Below the pieces are notes generated by a model that worked only from the letters and a program-made list of their open reading frames with translations, was not told the DNA's origin and did not search any database. Below are positions 1-7,979 of a DNA stretch of 17,483 nt, one piece after another (position 1 is the first letter of the stretch; every line of letters begins with the position of its first letter). This DNA comes from Myxococcaceae bacterium (GTDB lineage: Bacteria > Myxococcota > Myxococcia > Myxococcales > Myxococcaceae): the NCBI GenBank assembly GCA_004173515.1, contig SECN01000117.1:1-17483 (forward strand), written 5' to 3'. The position numbers and the translations under genes are program-made.

Positions 1-77
1 GCCGGCGGCGCGGCCTCCGGCGAATGGGCACAGCGGACGGTCACCGCGACAACGAGCAACAGGAGGAGGCGGTTCAT
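1..77 (-). CDS. 5'-partial gene for a putative secreted protein. The ATG is at 77..75 and the gene runs off the left edge. The N-terminus reads MNRLLLLLVVAVTVRCAHSPEAAPP, which is signal-peptide-like.
   Basis: Manual minus-strand translation from the ATG at 77 gives a hydrophobic signal-like N-terminus. There is no stop in the window, so it is absent from the ORF track. No convincing SD is present. Confidence 0.3.
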   Translation of the reverse strand, partial: MNRLLLLLVVAVTVRCAHSPEAAPP

Positions 78-139
78 GGGATCCAGAGCGTAGCGCCCTC
101 CCACCCGACGTCCAGGGTAATCACCGACCCTGAAAGGGT

Positions 140-166
140 TTGAACAGACACCCCACCCTCTACAAT
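140..166 (+). promoter_or_regulatory. Candidate sigma70-like promoter for the Kelch lipoprotein gene. The -35 is TTGAAC at 140-145, the spacer is 15 nt, and the -10 is TACAAT at 161-166.
   Basis: Hexamer matches sit in a locally AT-richer stretch about 65 nt upstream of the ATG at 230. The 15-nt spacer is at the short end of the usual range. Confidence 0.3.
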
Positions 167-229
167 CACAGTCTGTGTTTCCAGACCCAATCTGTTAGAT
201 CGAATCACTCTCCCCACCCGGAAGGTGCG

Positions 230-2569
230 ATGCGCCGACAGTCTCGTCTGTCTAGTGTTATGTTTTACGTGGTAACCAGCTTTGCAATGGCTGTCATGGC
301 TTGCACCCCGGACACGGAGCCTGCTCCCGAAACAGGCGACGTGCGGTTCATCAGCGCGGTGCCCCAGGCGCTCGCGGGCGATGAGGTCACCCGGGTGACC
401 GTGACGCTGACGGCCACGGGCGTGCCCACGTCCACGGCCGTGCTCACGAAGAGCGCGGACGGTTGGAGCGGCACCCTGTATCAGGTTCCCGCCGGCCCCC
501 AGCGCACGTTCACCGCCGAGGCCTTCGCGGCGGACGGCTCGCTGCGCTACCGGGGCGCGGCCACGAATGTCACCATCACGGCGGGCACCACGTCGGTCGT
601 CGCCATCACGCTCCAGGCCCTGAACGTGCCCGGGCCCTTCGACAACTCCGCGCCCTGCATCGATTCATTGGTGGCGTCCGCCAGCAGCGTGCTGCCCGGG
701 GGCACCCTCTCCCTCCAGGCCACCGCGCATGACGCGGACGCGGCGGACACGTTCACCTATGCGTGGACGGCGACGGGCGGCACCTTCGGTTCGGCCTCGC
801 TCGGCTCGACGACCTGGACGGCCCCCGCGACGCCGGGCGTCGTCACGCTGACGCTGACGGTCACCGATTCGCGCGGCGCCACGGCGGTCATCCGCATCAA
901 CATCACGGTCGTCTCGACGGACGGCGGACCGGACACGGGCGTGGCCCAGGTGACCGTGACCTTCAACGTCTCCCCCGCCGTGACCCGCGTCACCGCGTCC
1001 CAGTCCCCACTGCCGGTGGGCCAGAGCACCACCGTGGTCGCGGACGTGACGGATGCGGACGGCGACGCGCTCACCTACCAGTGGACGGCGTCCTGCGCCG
1101 GCACCTGGACCGACGCCACCGCCAGCACGGCGGCCTTCACCCCGAGCGCGGTGCCGGCCGGCGAGTCCTGCGGCAACTGCTCGCTCACCGTCGCCGTGAA
1201 GGATCCGCACGGCGGCCAGACGCAGGGCACCCTGCGCATCTGCGTCGGCACGGGCCCGGTCGCCAGCGTGCCCCCGCGCATCGTCCTGTCGAACCAGAGC
1301 GCGCTCTCCGTGGCGGGCAACGGCACCGTGACGTTCCGCGTCCTCGCGGAGGACGGCAACGGCAGCGCGCTCACCTTCGCGTGGGCGTCGTCCCACGGCA
1401 CGCCAGGCACGGCCACCTCCGGGTTCACCTCCAGCGAGATCGCCTGGAAGGCCCCGGCCTGCATCCCGGATGGCCCCAGCCCCACCATCAGCGCCACCGT
1501 CACCAACGCGTCAGGCTTCTCCGCGTCCACGAGCTTCAGCGTCGCCGTGGTGGGGGTCCCGACCTGCACCCCGCCTCCGGAGAGCACCGTCGCGCGGTGG
1601 GATGCCACCGCCAGCCTGACAGGCCGTCGGTTCGGCGCGAGCCTCATCCCGCTCCCCTCCGGGAAGATCCTCGTCTTCGGAGGAACGGTCTCCTCCAACC
1701 CCATCCTGACGACCGCGGAACTCTATGATCCCACGACCGGAACCTGGTCTCCGGCGGGCTCCCTGGGCACGGCCCACTTTTCGCCGGCCGTGACGCTGCT
1801 GCCCAACGGCAAGGTCATGGTCACGGGCGGCTTCGCGTCCTACAACACCACCACCCTGAGGAACGTGGAGTTCTACGACCCGGCCACCAACACCTGGACG
1901 GCCGGGCCCAGCATGGCCTTCGCGCGTGGCAATCACACGGCGACGCTGCTGCCCAACGGCAAGGTCCTGGTCGTCGGCGGCAACACCACGGGCGACACCA
2001 CGAGCAACCGCATCCCGGAGCTGTTCGACCCCGCGACGCAGACGTGGGTGCCGGTGGCGATTTCGGCGTATGTGCATAACAACCACGAAGCGGTGCTGCT
2101 GCCCTCCGGCAAGGTCCTCATCCTGGGCGGTAGCCAGCTTTCGGAGGTCTATGATCCGTCCAACAACACCTGGAACGGCGCCACGGGGATGACGACGCGG
2201 ACGTTCACGCACGCCTTCCTGCAGCCCTCGGGCAAGGTCCTGCTCGTCGGCGGAACCCTGGTCGCGCTGTATGATCCCATCCTCAACGTCCAGACGACGG
2301 TGGGCAACTTCGCCTACGATCGGCAGTACTCCTCCGTGGTCCAGTTGGCCTCGGGGAAGCTGCTGCTCGCGGGAGGTAACTCCCTGGTGGGCCTGACGAC
2401 GGAGATCCTCGATCCGGCGACCGGGACGGTGGCCTTCTCCACCAGCATGGCGTCGAACCGCTACTTCATGAGCACCACCCTGCTGCCCAACGGCAAGGTG
2501 CTCTTCGTGGGCGGGTATGACCGGGACGCTGGGGCGAGCGTCAACGCGGTCCTGCTCTACACCCCTTGA
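230..2569 (+). CDS. Lipoprotein with three N-terminal PKD/Ig-like repeats followed by a Kelch-type beta-propeller, galactose-oxidase-like in its central domain.
   Basis: The ORF is 140..2569. The start is placed at ATG 230 (MRRQSRLSSVMFYVVTSFAMAVMAC), which is preceded by GGAAGG and followed by a signal peptide with a Cys lipobox-like site. Three repeats carry an xLT[YF]xW[TA] motif plus TVTDSRG. At least seven Kelch blades follow, with LLPNGKVLVVGG and YDP motifs. Confidence 0.8.
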   Translation: MRRQSRLSSVMFYVVTSFAMAVMACTPDTEPAPETGDVRFISAVPQALAGDEVTRVTVTLTATGVPTSTAVLTKSADGWSGTLYQVPAGPQRTFTAEAFAADGSLRYRGAATNVTITAGTTSVVAITLQALNVPGPFDNSAPCIDSLVASASSVLPGGTLSLQATAHDADAADTFTYAWTATGGTFGSASLGSTTWTAPATPGVVTLTLTVTDSRGATAVIRINITVVSTDGGPDTGVAQVTVTFNVSPAVTRVTASQSPLPVGQSTTVVADVTDADGDALTYQWTASCAGTWTDATASTAAFTPSAVPAGESCGNCSLTVAVKDPHGGQTQGTLRICVGTGPVASVPPRIVLSNQSALSVAGNGTVTFRVLAEDGNGSALTFAWASSHGTPGTATSGFTSSEIAWKAPACIPDGPSPTISATVTNASGFSASTSFSVAVVGVPTCTPPPESTVARWDATASLTGRRFGASLIPLPSGKILVFGGTVSSNPILTTAELYDPTTGTWSPAGSLGTAHFSPAVTLLPNGKVMVTGGFASYNTTTLRNVEFYDPATNTWTAGPSMAFARGNHTATLLPNGKVLVVGGNTTGDTTSNRIPELFDPATQTWVPVAISAYVHNNHEAVLLPSGKVLILGGSQLSEVYDPSNNTWNGATGMTTRTFTHAFLQPSGKVLLVGGTLVALYDPILNVQTTVGNFAYDRQYSSVVQLASGKLLLAGGNSLVGLTTEILDPATGTVAFSTSMASNRYFMSTTLLPNGKVLFVGGYDRDAGASVNAVLLYTP

Positions 2570-2592
2570 GCCCGGACTGAAGTTGCGTTGAA

Positions 2593-2624
2593 GAGCGGTC
2601 GGACCCACACCGGTCCGACCGCTC
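2593..2624 (+). terminator. Perfect 13-bp inverted repeat GAGCGGTCGGACC/GGTCCGACCGCTC with a 6-nt loop, just downstream of the Kelch gene stop.
   Basis: Seen directly in the sequence. There is no U-tract, but GC-rich hairpin terminators are common in high-GC genomes. Confidence 0.45.
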
Positions 2625-2665
2625 CGGGCATTGCGGCCTGCCTCGAATCAGCGAGGATGCGGCCC

Positions 2666-3487
2666 ATGTCCACCCTCAAAGGCAAGACCCTCTTCATCTC
2701 CGGTGCCAGCCGTGGCATCGGCCTGGCCATCGCGCTGCGCGCGGCCCGGGACGGCGCCAACATCGTCATCGCCGCGAAGACGACCGACCCGCACCCCAAG
2801 CTGCCCGGCACCATCCACACCGCCGCGAAGGAGATTGAAGCCGCGGGCGGCAAGGCGCTGCCCTGCGTGGTGGACATCCGCGACGAAGCGCAGATCCACG
2901 CGGCCGTGGCCAAGGCCGTGGAGACCTTCGGCGGCATCGACATCCTGGTGAACAACGCCAGCGCCATCAGCCTCACCGGCACGCTGGAGACGCCGCTCAA
3001 GCGCTTCGACCTGATGCACGGCATCAACACGCGCGGCACCTTCGCGTGCTCGCAGGCGTGCCTGCCGTACCTCAAGAAGTCCTCCAACCCGCACATCCTC
3101 AACAACTCGCCGCCGCTCAACATGGAGGCGCGCTGGTTCGGCCCCCACGTCGCCTACACCATGGCGAAGTTCGGCATGAGCATGTGCGTGCTCGGCATGG
3201 CGGAGGAGTTCAAGGACGAGGGCATCGCCGTCAACGCCCTCTGGCCGCGCACCGTCATCGCCACCGCCGCCGTGCAGAACCTGCTGGGCGGCGATGAGAC
3301 CATCAAGGGCAGCCGTTCGCCGGAGATCATGGCCGACGCGGCCCACGCCATCCTCACCAAGCCCAGCCGCTCCTTCACCGGCAACTTCTGCATCGACGAG
3401 GACGTGCTGCGCGGCGTGGGCGTCACCAACTTCGACAAGTACCAGTCCGTGCCCGGCGCGGAGCTGTTCCCCGACTACTTCATCTGA
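2666..3487 (+). CDS. Short-chain dehydrogenase/reductase (SDR) family oxidoreductase with an HSDL2-like catalytic domain.
   Basis: It has a TLFISGASRGIGLAIALRAARDGANIVIAAKT Rossmann motif (TGxxxGxG type) and a YxxxK region. The start is chosen at ATG 2666 (MSTLKGK) with GAGG nine nt upstream. ATG 2657 is an alternative start. Confidence 0.85.
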   Translation: MSTLKGKTLFISGASRGIGLAIALRAARDGANIVIAAKTTDPHPKLPGTIHTAAKEIEAAGGKALPCVVDIRDEAQIHAAVAKAVETFGGIDILVNNASAISLTGTLETPLKRFDLMHGINTRGTFACSQACLPYLKKSSNPHILNNSPPLNMEARWFGPHVAYTMAKFGMSMCVLGMAEEFKDEGIAVNALWPRTVIATAAVQNLLGGDETIKGSRSPEIMADAAHAILTKPSRSFTGNFCIDEDVLRGVGVTNFDKYQSVPGAELFPDYFI

Positions 3488-3537
3488 CCGTCGGACCCAC
3501 CGTCGGGGCGCATGGGTGCGCCAGGAGCAAGGCCCTC

Positions 3538-4458
3538 ATGCCCCCGCGCAAGCTGCTGCGACACCTGGTCTGGCTGGAGTCCTTCACCGCGGCGGTGGAG
3601 GCGGGCAGCATCGACGCCGCCGCGGAGCACCTGGGCGTCGCCCGCTCGGTGGTGAGCGAACACATCCGCGCGCTGGAGGAGGCGCTCGCGGATGGCGCGG
3701 CCCTGCTGGAGCGAGGCCCCGGACGCAGGCTGCAACTGTCCGCGCGCGGCGAGCGCCTCTACGCGGGCACCCAGACGCCGCTGCACCAGTTGGACATGAA
3801 GCGGCTCATGGACCTGGCGCGCGTGGAGCCCACCCTGCGCCTGGGGCTCAACCCCACCCTGTCCATGTCACTGCTCGGCGGCATCGCGCAGGACGCGGCC
3901 GCCACCGACCTCAAGCTGGTGGTGGGCTTCGGCGGCTCGCACGAGCTGGTGCGGCAGGTGCAGACACGGCAGCAGGACCTGGTGCTGGACTTCACCCCGT
4001 TGCCGCCGCACGACGGCGTGGAATCCGAATCGCTGCTGCGCATGTCCTTCGTGGTGCTCGCAGGCCCCGACTCCGCGCTCGTCCAGCAGCAGTCCGCCCG
4101 GCGCGCGCTGGATGTGAAGGACCTGCAGGGTCAACGCTTCGTGGACTGGTTGCGCGACGACCCCTACGGCGGCGCCAACAGCGCGCGCTTCGCCGCCCAG
4201 GGGGTCAAGGTGGACGAGGTGGGCCGCGTGGAGAGCTTCCTCCACCTCTACGAACTGCTGCGCGCCTACCGCGCGTGCGCCATCGCCCCCGACGTGCGGC
4301 CCACCCAACCCTTCCCCTCCGACGTCCACGTCTGGCCCCTGCGCGAGGCCGAGCCCCAGGTCGTGGAGGTGGTGGCCCTCTGGCCCTCCGGCGGCCTCAG
4401 CCCCGGCGCCCACGCCGTGCTGGACGGCCTGCGACGTCGGCTCCGCAAACGGCGATAA
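3538..4458 (+). CDS. LysR-family transcriptional regulator.
   Basis: There is an N-terminal HTH (LRHLVWLESFTAAVEAGSIDAAAEHLGVARSVVSEHIRALEEAL). The 306-aa length is typical of LTTRs. AGGAG sits 10 nt upstream of the ATG. Confidence 0.85.
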   Translation: MPPRKLLRHLVWLESFTAAVEAGSIDAAAEHLGVARSVVSEHIRALEEALADGAALLERGPGRRLQLSARGERLYAGTQTPLHQLDMKRLMDLARVEPTLRLGLNPTLSMSLLGGIAQDAAATDLKLVVGFGGSHELVRQVQTRQQDLVLDFTPLPPHDGVESESLLRMSFVVLAGPDSALVQQQSARRALDVKDLQGQRFVDWLRDDPYGGANSARFAAQGVKVDEVGRVESFLHLYELLRAYRACAIAPDVRPTQPFPSDVHVWPLREAEPQVVEVVALWPSGGLSPGAHAVLDGLRRRLRKRR

Positions 4459-4460
4459 TC

Positions 4461-4479
4461 CGACGAAGACGTCGTTTTC
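4461..4479 (+). terminator. Small hairpin CGACG-AAGA-CGTCG followed by TTTTCT, immediately after the LysR stop.
   Basis: A 5-bp stem is followed by a T-run. The evidence is weak. Confidence 0.25.
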
Positions 4480-4550
4480 TGCCGGATTTCCGTCCTCCGC
4501 TGACATGGGTATCTTCCAGGTGTCCTGTTTCTCTTGAAGGAGCCTCCGAG

Positions 4551-6146
4551 ATGACCCCCACGGAACGGACGATCGCTCGCCTGCCCGCGCACCTGCGCCG
4601 CTACGTCGTGTCGCAGGACTACGCGGCCTATACGCCTCGCGACCAGGCGGTGTGGCGGCACATCCTGGGGCAGCTCCGGGGGCACCTGCGCGACAAGGCG
4701 CATCCCGTCTACCTGGAGGGTCTGGAGGCCACCGGTATCGGCGCGGAGGCCATCCCCAGCCTGGATGAGATGAACGAGAAGCTGTCGAAGCTGGGCTGGT
4801 CGTGCGTGGCGGTGCGCGGCTTCATCCCGCCGGCGGTGTTCACGGAGTTGCAGGCGCTGGGCGTGCTGGCCATCGCGGCGGACATCCGCACGCACGAGCA
4901 CATCCAGTACACGCCCGCGCCGGACATCGTCCATGAGAGCGCGGGGCACGCGCCCATCATCGCGAACAAGCGCTACGCGGAGTACCTCAAGGCCGTGGGG
5001 CTGGTGGGGTTCAAGGCCATCGCGAGCGTGGAGGACCAGGCCGTCTTCGAGGCCATCCGCAACCTGTCGGTGGTGAAGGAGGACCCGACGGCGAGCGACG
5101 CGGAGATCGCCCACGCGCAGGCCCGCCTGGAGGCCGCGAATGAGAGCCACCGCTACATCAGCGAGAGCACCCGCGCGAGCCGCCTGTACTGGTGGACGGC
5201 GGAGTACGGGCTCGTGGGTGACCTGGAGCGTCCGCGCATCTACGGCGCGGGCCTGCTGTCGAGCATCGGCGAGGCCAAGCACTGCCTGACGTCCGCGGTC
5301 CAGAAGCTGCCGCTGGGCGCGGTGTGCGCGGACACGGACTACGACATCACCCGCATGCAGCCGCAGCTCTTCGTGGCGCGGGACTTCGAGCACCTGTTCG
5401 AGGTGCTGGCGGAGTTCGAGGCGACGCTCGCGTGGAAGCGCGGCGGGGACCTGGGCCTGAACGAGGCGCTGCGCGCGCGCACGGTGAACCACCTGGTGCT
5501 CGCGGACGGCCGCGAGGTGACGGGCAAGGTGGTGGAGCTGCTGCCTGCCGCCGGCGAGGTGGCTCCCGGGCTGTCCACCGCGATGGTGCGGTTGGAAGGC
5601 CCCATCCTCACGTCGCTCGACGGGCAGGCGCTGGACAAGCCGTTCAGCGGCGCGGCGCTGGTGGCCTTTGGGCAGGGCAGCCTGCCGGAGCGCGGGAACT
5701 TCCGGCTCGCGTTGGACAGCGGGCTGGTGCTGGAGGGCTTCGCGGTGGACGGCGGCGAGGTGATTGCCCTGAGCGGGACGCTCGCGGGCAAGCCGCTGGA
5801 GCTGCCGTCGATGGCGCGCCTGTACCTGACGGAGCGGCTGCCGTCGGTGGCGGGAGGCCCCGCGGATCCGGGCGCGTGGGACCGGTGGTTCGGGGAGATG
5901 AACGCCTTCACGGCGGGCGACGGCGAGGCGCAGGCGCGTGAGCGCAAGGCGAAGGCGCTGCATCCGTCCCTGGCGGCCCTCTACACGGAGGTGCGCCGCA
6001 TCCGGGAGACGGGACAGCTCGTGGCGGATCGGCTGGAGCAGATCGCCCGGGCCTCCTCCGACTTCCCGTCGGACTGGCTCTTGCGCGCCGAGGTCGCGGA
6101 GCTGCGCGGAGAAGTGCCCGCGAAGCGGGACACGGCCCACGCGTAG
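4551..6146 (+). CDS. phhA: Aromatic amino acid hydroxylase of the phenylalanine 4-monooxygenase (PAH) family. It is atypically long at 531 aa, with an internal insertion and a C-terminal extension of about 230 aa.
   Basis: GAAGGAG lies 8 nt upstream of ATG 4551. An iron-binding 2-His motif (PDIVHESAGHAPII) is present. A downstream LYWWTAEYGL...IYGAGLLSSIGEAKHCL block matches the human PAH block IYWFTVEFGL...AYGAGLLSSFGELQYCL. Confidence 0.85.
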   Translation: MTPTERTIARLPAHLRRYVVSQDYAAYTPRDQAVWRHILGQLRGHLRDKAHPVYLEGLEATGIGAEAIPSLDEMNEKLSKLGWSCVAVRGFIPPAVFTELQALGVLAIAADIRTHEHIQYTPAPDIVHESAGHAPIIANKRYAEYLKAVGLVGFKAIASVEDQAVFEAIRNLSVVKEDPTASDAEIAHAQARLEAANESHRYISESTRASRLYWWTAEYGLVGDLERPRIYGAGLLSSIGEAKHCLTSAVQKLPLGAVCADTDYDITRMQPQLFVARDFEHLFEVLAEFEATLAWKRGGDLGLNEALRARTVNHLVLADGREVTGKVVELLPAAGEVAPGLSTAMVRLEGPILTSLDGQALDKPFSGAALVAFGQGSLPERGNFRLALDSGLVLEGFAVDGGEVIALSGTLAGKPLELPSMARLYLTERLPSVAGGPADPGAWDRWFGEMNAFTAGDGEAQARERKAKALHPSLAALYTEVRRIRETGQLVADRLEQIARASSDFPSDWLLRAEVAELRGEVPAKRDTAHA

Positions 6147-6155
6147 TGGGCCATG

Positions 6156-6176
6156 GGCCTCCCCGCCTGGGAGGCC
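6156..6176 (+). terminator. Hairpin GGCCTCCC-cgcct-GGGAGGCC after the hydroxylase stop.
   Basis: An 8-bp GC-rich stem sits directly downstream of the TAG at 6144-6146. Confidence 0.3.
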
Positions 6177-6274
6177 TGGTGTGGCCCTTAGATCGAGACC
6201 GCGTGCTGGAGGGTGATGTGACGCGCCGCCTGGACGGCCGTCACTCCCCGGAAGCCTCCGCGAAACGACAGGAT

Positions 6275-6287
6275 GGCAATCATTGCC
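6275..6287. promoter_or_regulatory. Palindrome GGCAATcATTGCC upstream of the beta-helix gene. It is a possible operator.
   Basis: A perfect 6-bp inverted repeat with a 1-nt spacer lies in the 290-nt intergenic region. Confidence 0.2.
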
Positions 6288-6437
6288 GTGCAACTCCTTC
6301 CGCACGGAACCCTCCCGGTTGGAATCCGCACCGGCATTGCCCAGACGTATTGTCGCGAGCGGGCTCATCTTCGATCTCGGGAAGGGTGTCAGAGGGTTCG
6401 AGTATCAATGCGTGGCGACCCGATGAAGGGAGAACCC

Positions 6438-7856
6438 ATGGCACCTCCTGTTCTCACTGACGACAAGCCGCAGACGCCCAACGTGATGCTGGCCGGGTGG
6501 GATTGGTCCGAGACCACCCCACCGTGGGCCTACACCTCCGCGAGCGCGTGGGAATCCAGGCTCCCCGCAGGCGTGCCGGTGGCGCCTCTGAGCACCGTGG
6601 CGGGTGACTTCTACACGAAGCTGCAAGCCACGGTGAACGCGGCCCCCGGACGGGTCATCGTGCGGCTGCCGGCGGGCGTTTTCACCCTCACCCAGTTCCG
6701 TGTGATCGGCTCCAGCGGCAACCCCACGTATGCGTTCGGGTTCTTCTTCCCGAAACTCGCTGGGTTCGTCGGGGCTGGGCCAGACAAGTCGATCATCGAG
6801 ATGGCGGCAGGGTCGGTGAGTCAGGCGCAGTTGTCGCATATGTCCACCATGACCCAAGCTTCCTTCGCCCAGTTGCTGATGGGCATGTGCCGACTCGACA
6901 CCCAGTACTCGAACGCACCGGCACCGGTCTATCTGGGGGGCGTCGGCTTCGAGGCCGCGCCACAGCCGCTGCTCACGTCGATCAGCGGCGACATCACGAA
7001 CGGCGTGTACGTTCCGCAGTCGGCACCGCATCTGGGCGTGGCGCTCTACTCGGATTCGAGCCGTCGTCACCCCGACACCCTGGTGACGCACTGCCGGTTC
7101 CGGGGTGCGGGCAAGGCGATGACCAGTCAGCCTCCGTTCGAGCTGAGCAACATCACCAGCCAGCGGAACCACGTCACCTACGAGCACACGGAGTTCGACG
7201 GGCGCATGAGTCCCCGCTACGACGCGGCACGCCCCCGCAAGTGCGGGCCGTTCATGGCGAACGGCGGGGTCACACAGCACGTCACCGACTGCTGGATGCA
7301 TCACTCCAACGTGTCCCGGTACGCCGCGAACGACGAAGCGGTCGCGTCCGCCACGGCCCTGTCGAACCACTACCGGATCGAGCGGTTGAAGATCGAGCAG
7401 ATCACCAACAACCAGAACCGGCAGCCTCCGATCAACGGTGGCAACTCCCTGGGCGGGTACACGAACGCATCGTGCATCGGGTTCGAGTCATCGAACGCGC
7501 GGATCGAGATCATCGACTGCATCGCGTCCGTGGACAACAACCTCATCGCGGGGCAGGTTCCCTGTCACATCCAGTTGACCAACACGGGCGCTGCTCGTGC
7601 CGGTGGGCGGCTGTACGTGCGCGGCGGTGAGTTCCGTCACACGGCGTTCCCGCAGTTGAATGGCTTCGTGACGTTCCGCATCCAGCCCTCATCGAACTGG
7701 TGGACGGACGGTTTCAACACGACCCTCGACGTGCGCGACACCAATGACAGACGGCTGCTCCCGTATCAGGTGACGGGTACATGGCCCCCCACGGCCGCGG
7801 CGCTGGCCTCGGCAGGGGTCACCCCGGCGACCCACTACCTGATCCGAAGCACCTAG
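6438..7856 (+). CDS. Hypothetical protein, probably a right-handed parallel beta-helix (pectate-lyase-superfamily-like) with no signal peptide.
   Basis: GAAGGGAG lies 5 nt upstream of ATG 6438. ATG 6408 is an alternative start. The N-terminal block DFYTKLQATVNAAPGRVIVRLPAGVFTL resembles the start of pectate_lyase_3-type beta-helix proteins. Many short beta-strand-like repeats follow. GC is slightly lower than in neighbouring genes. Confidence 0.55.
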   Translation: MAPPVLTDDKPQTPNVMLAGWDWSETTPPWAYTSASAWESRLPAGVPVAPLSTVAGDFYTKLQATVNAAPGRVIVRLPAGVFTLTQFRVIGSSGNPTYAFGFFFPKLAGFVGAGPDKSIIEMAAGSVSQAQLSHMSTMTQASFAQLLMGMCRLDTQYSNAPAPVYLGGVGFEAAPQPLLTSISGDITNGVYVPQSAPHLGVALYSDSSRRHPDTLVTHCRFRGAGKAMTSQPPFELSNITSQRNHVTYEHTEFDGRMSPRYDAARPRKCGPFMANGGVTQHVTDCWMHHSNVSRYAANDEAVASATALSNHYRIERLKIEQITNNQNRQPPINGGNSLGGYTNASCIGFESSNARIEIIDCIASVDNNLIAGQVPCHIQLTNTGAARAGGRLYVRGGEFRHTAFPQLNGFVTFRIQPSSNWWTDGFNTTLDVRDTNDRRLLPYQVTGTWPPTAAALASAGVTPATHYLIRST

Positions 7857-7918
7857 AAGGTGCTACCCCCGGGGCTGCCCCTGATTGACTCAGCCAGAGC
7901 AGCAGGGAGGCGACCCGC

Positions 7919-7947
7919 AGGACGGCGAGAGAACTCCTCGCCGTCCT
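7919..7947. terminator. Perfect 11-bp stem AGGACGGCGAG/CTCGCCGTCCT with a 7-nt loop between two convergent genes. It is a candidate bidirectional terminator.
   Basis: Seen directly in the sequence. It lies between the + gene ending at 7856 and the - gene ending at 7980. There is no U-tract. Confidence 0.4.
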
Positions 7948-7979
7948 GTCGTAACGGGTGGCGGCGGCGCGAAAATGCT

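Noticed and set aside
3294-6146. The track shows a 950-aa ORF spanning the LysR gene and the hydroxylase gene.
   Set aside because: Its upstream 420 codons form a Pro/Arg/Ala-rich alternative-frame read-through of the LysR region, typical of high-GC DNA. The real hydroxylase starts at ATG 4551 and has a strong RBS.
4266-6368. A 700-aa minus-strand ORF lies antisense to the hydroxylase gene. The group also includes 1511..2608 (-), 665..1396 (-), 8328..9725 (+), 9482..10720 (+), 12208..14172 (+), 14193..14987 (+), 15940..17481 (-) and 16443..17465 (+).
   Set aside because: All are Arg/Gly/Ala/Pro-rich low-complexity translations lying antisense to, or frame-shifted relative to, genes that have clear family signatures. 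They are typical shadow ORFs in ~70% GC DNA.
6330-6410. The GGGTTCGAGT motif resembles a tRNA T-loop (GGTTCGAATCC).
   Set aside because: No matching acceptor stem, anticodon arm or CCA context could be built around it. It is probably a chance similarity within a 5' UTR.
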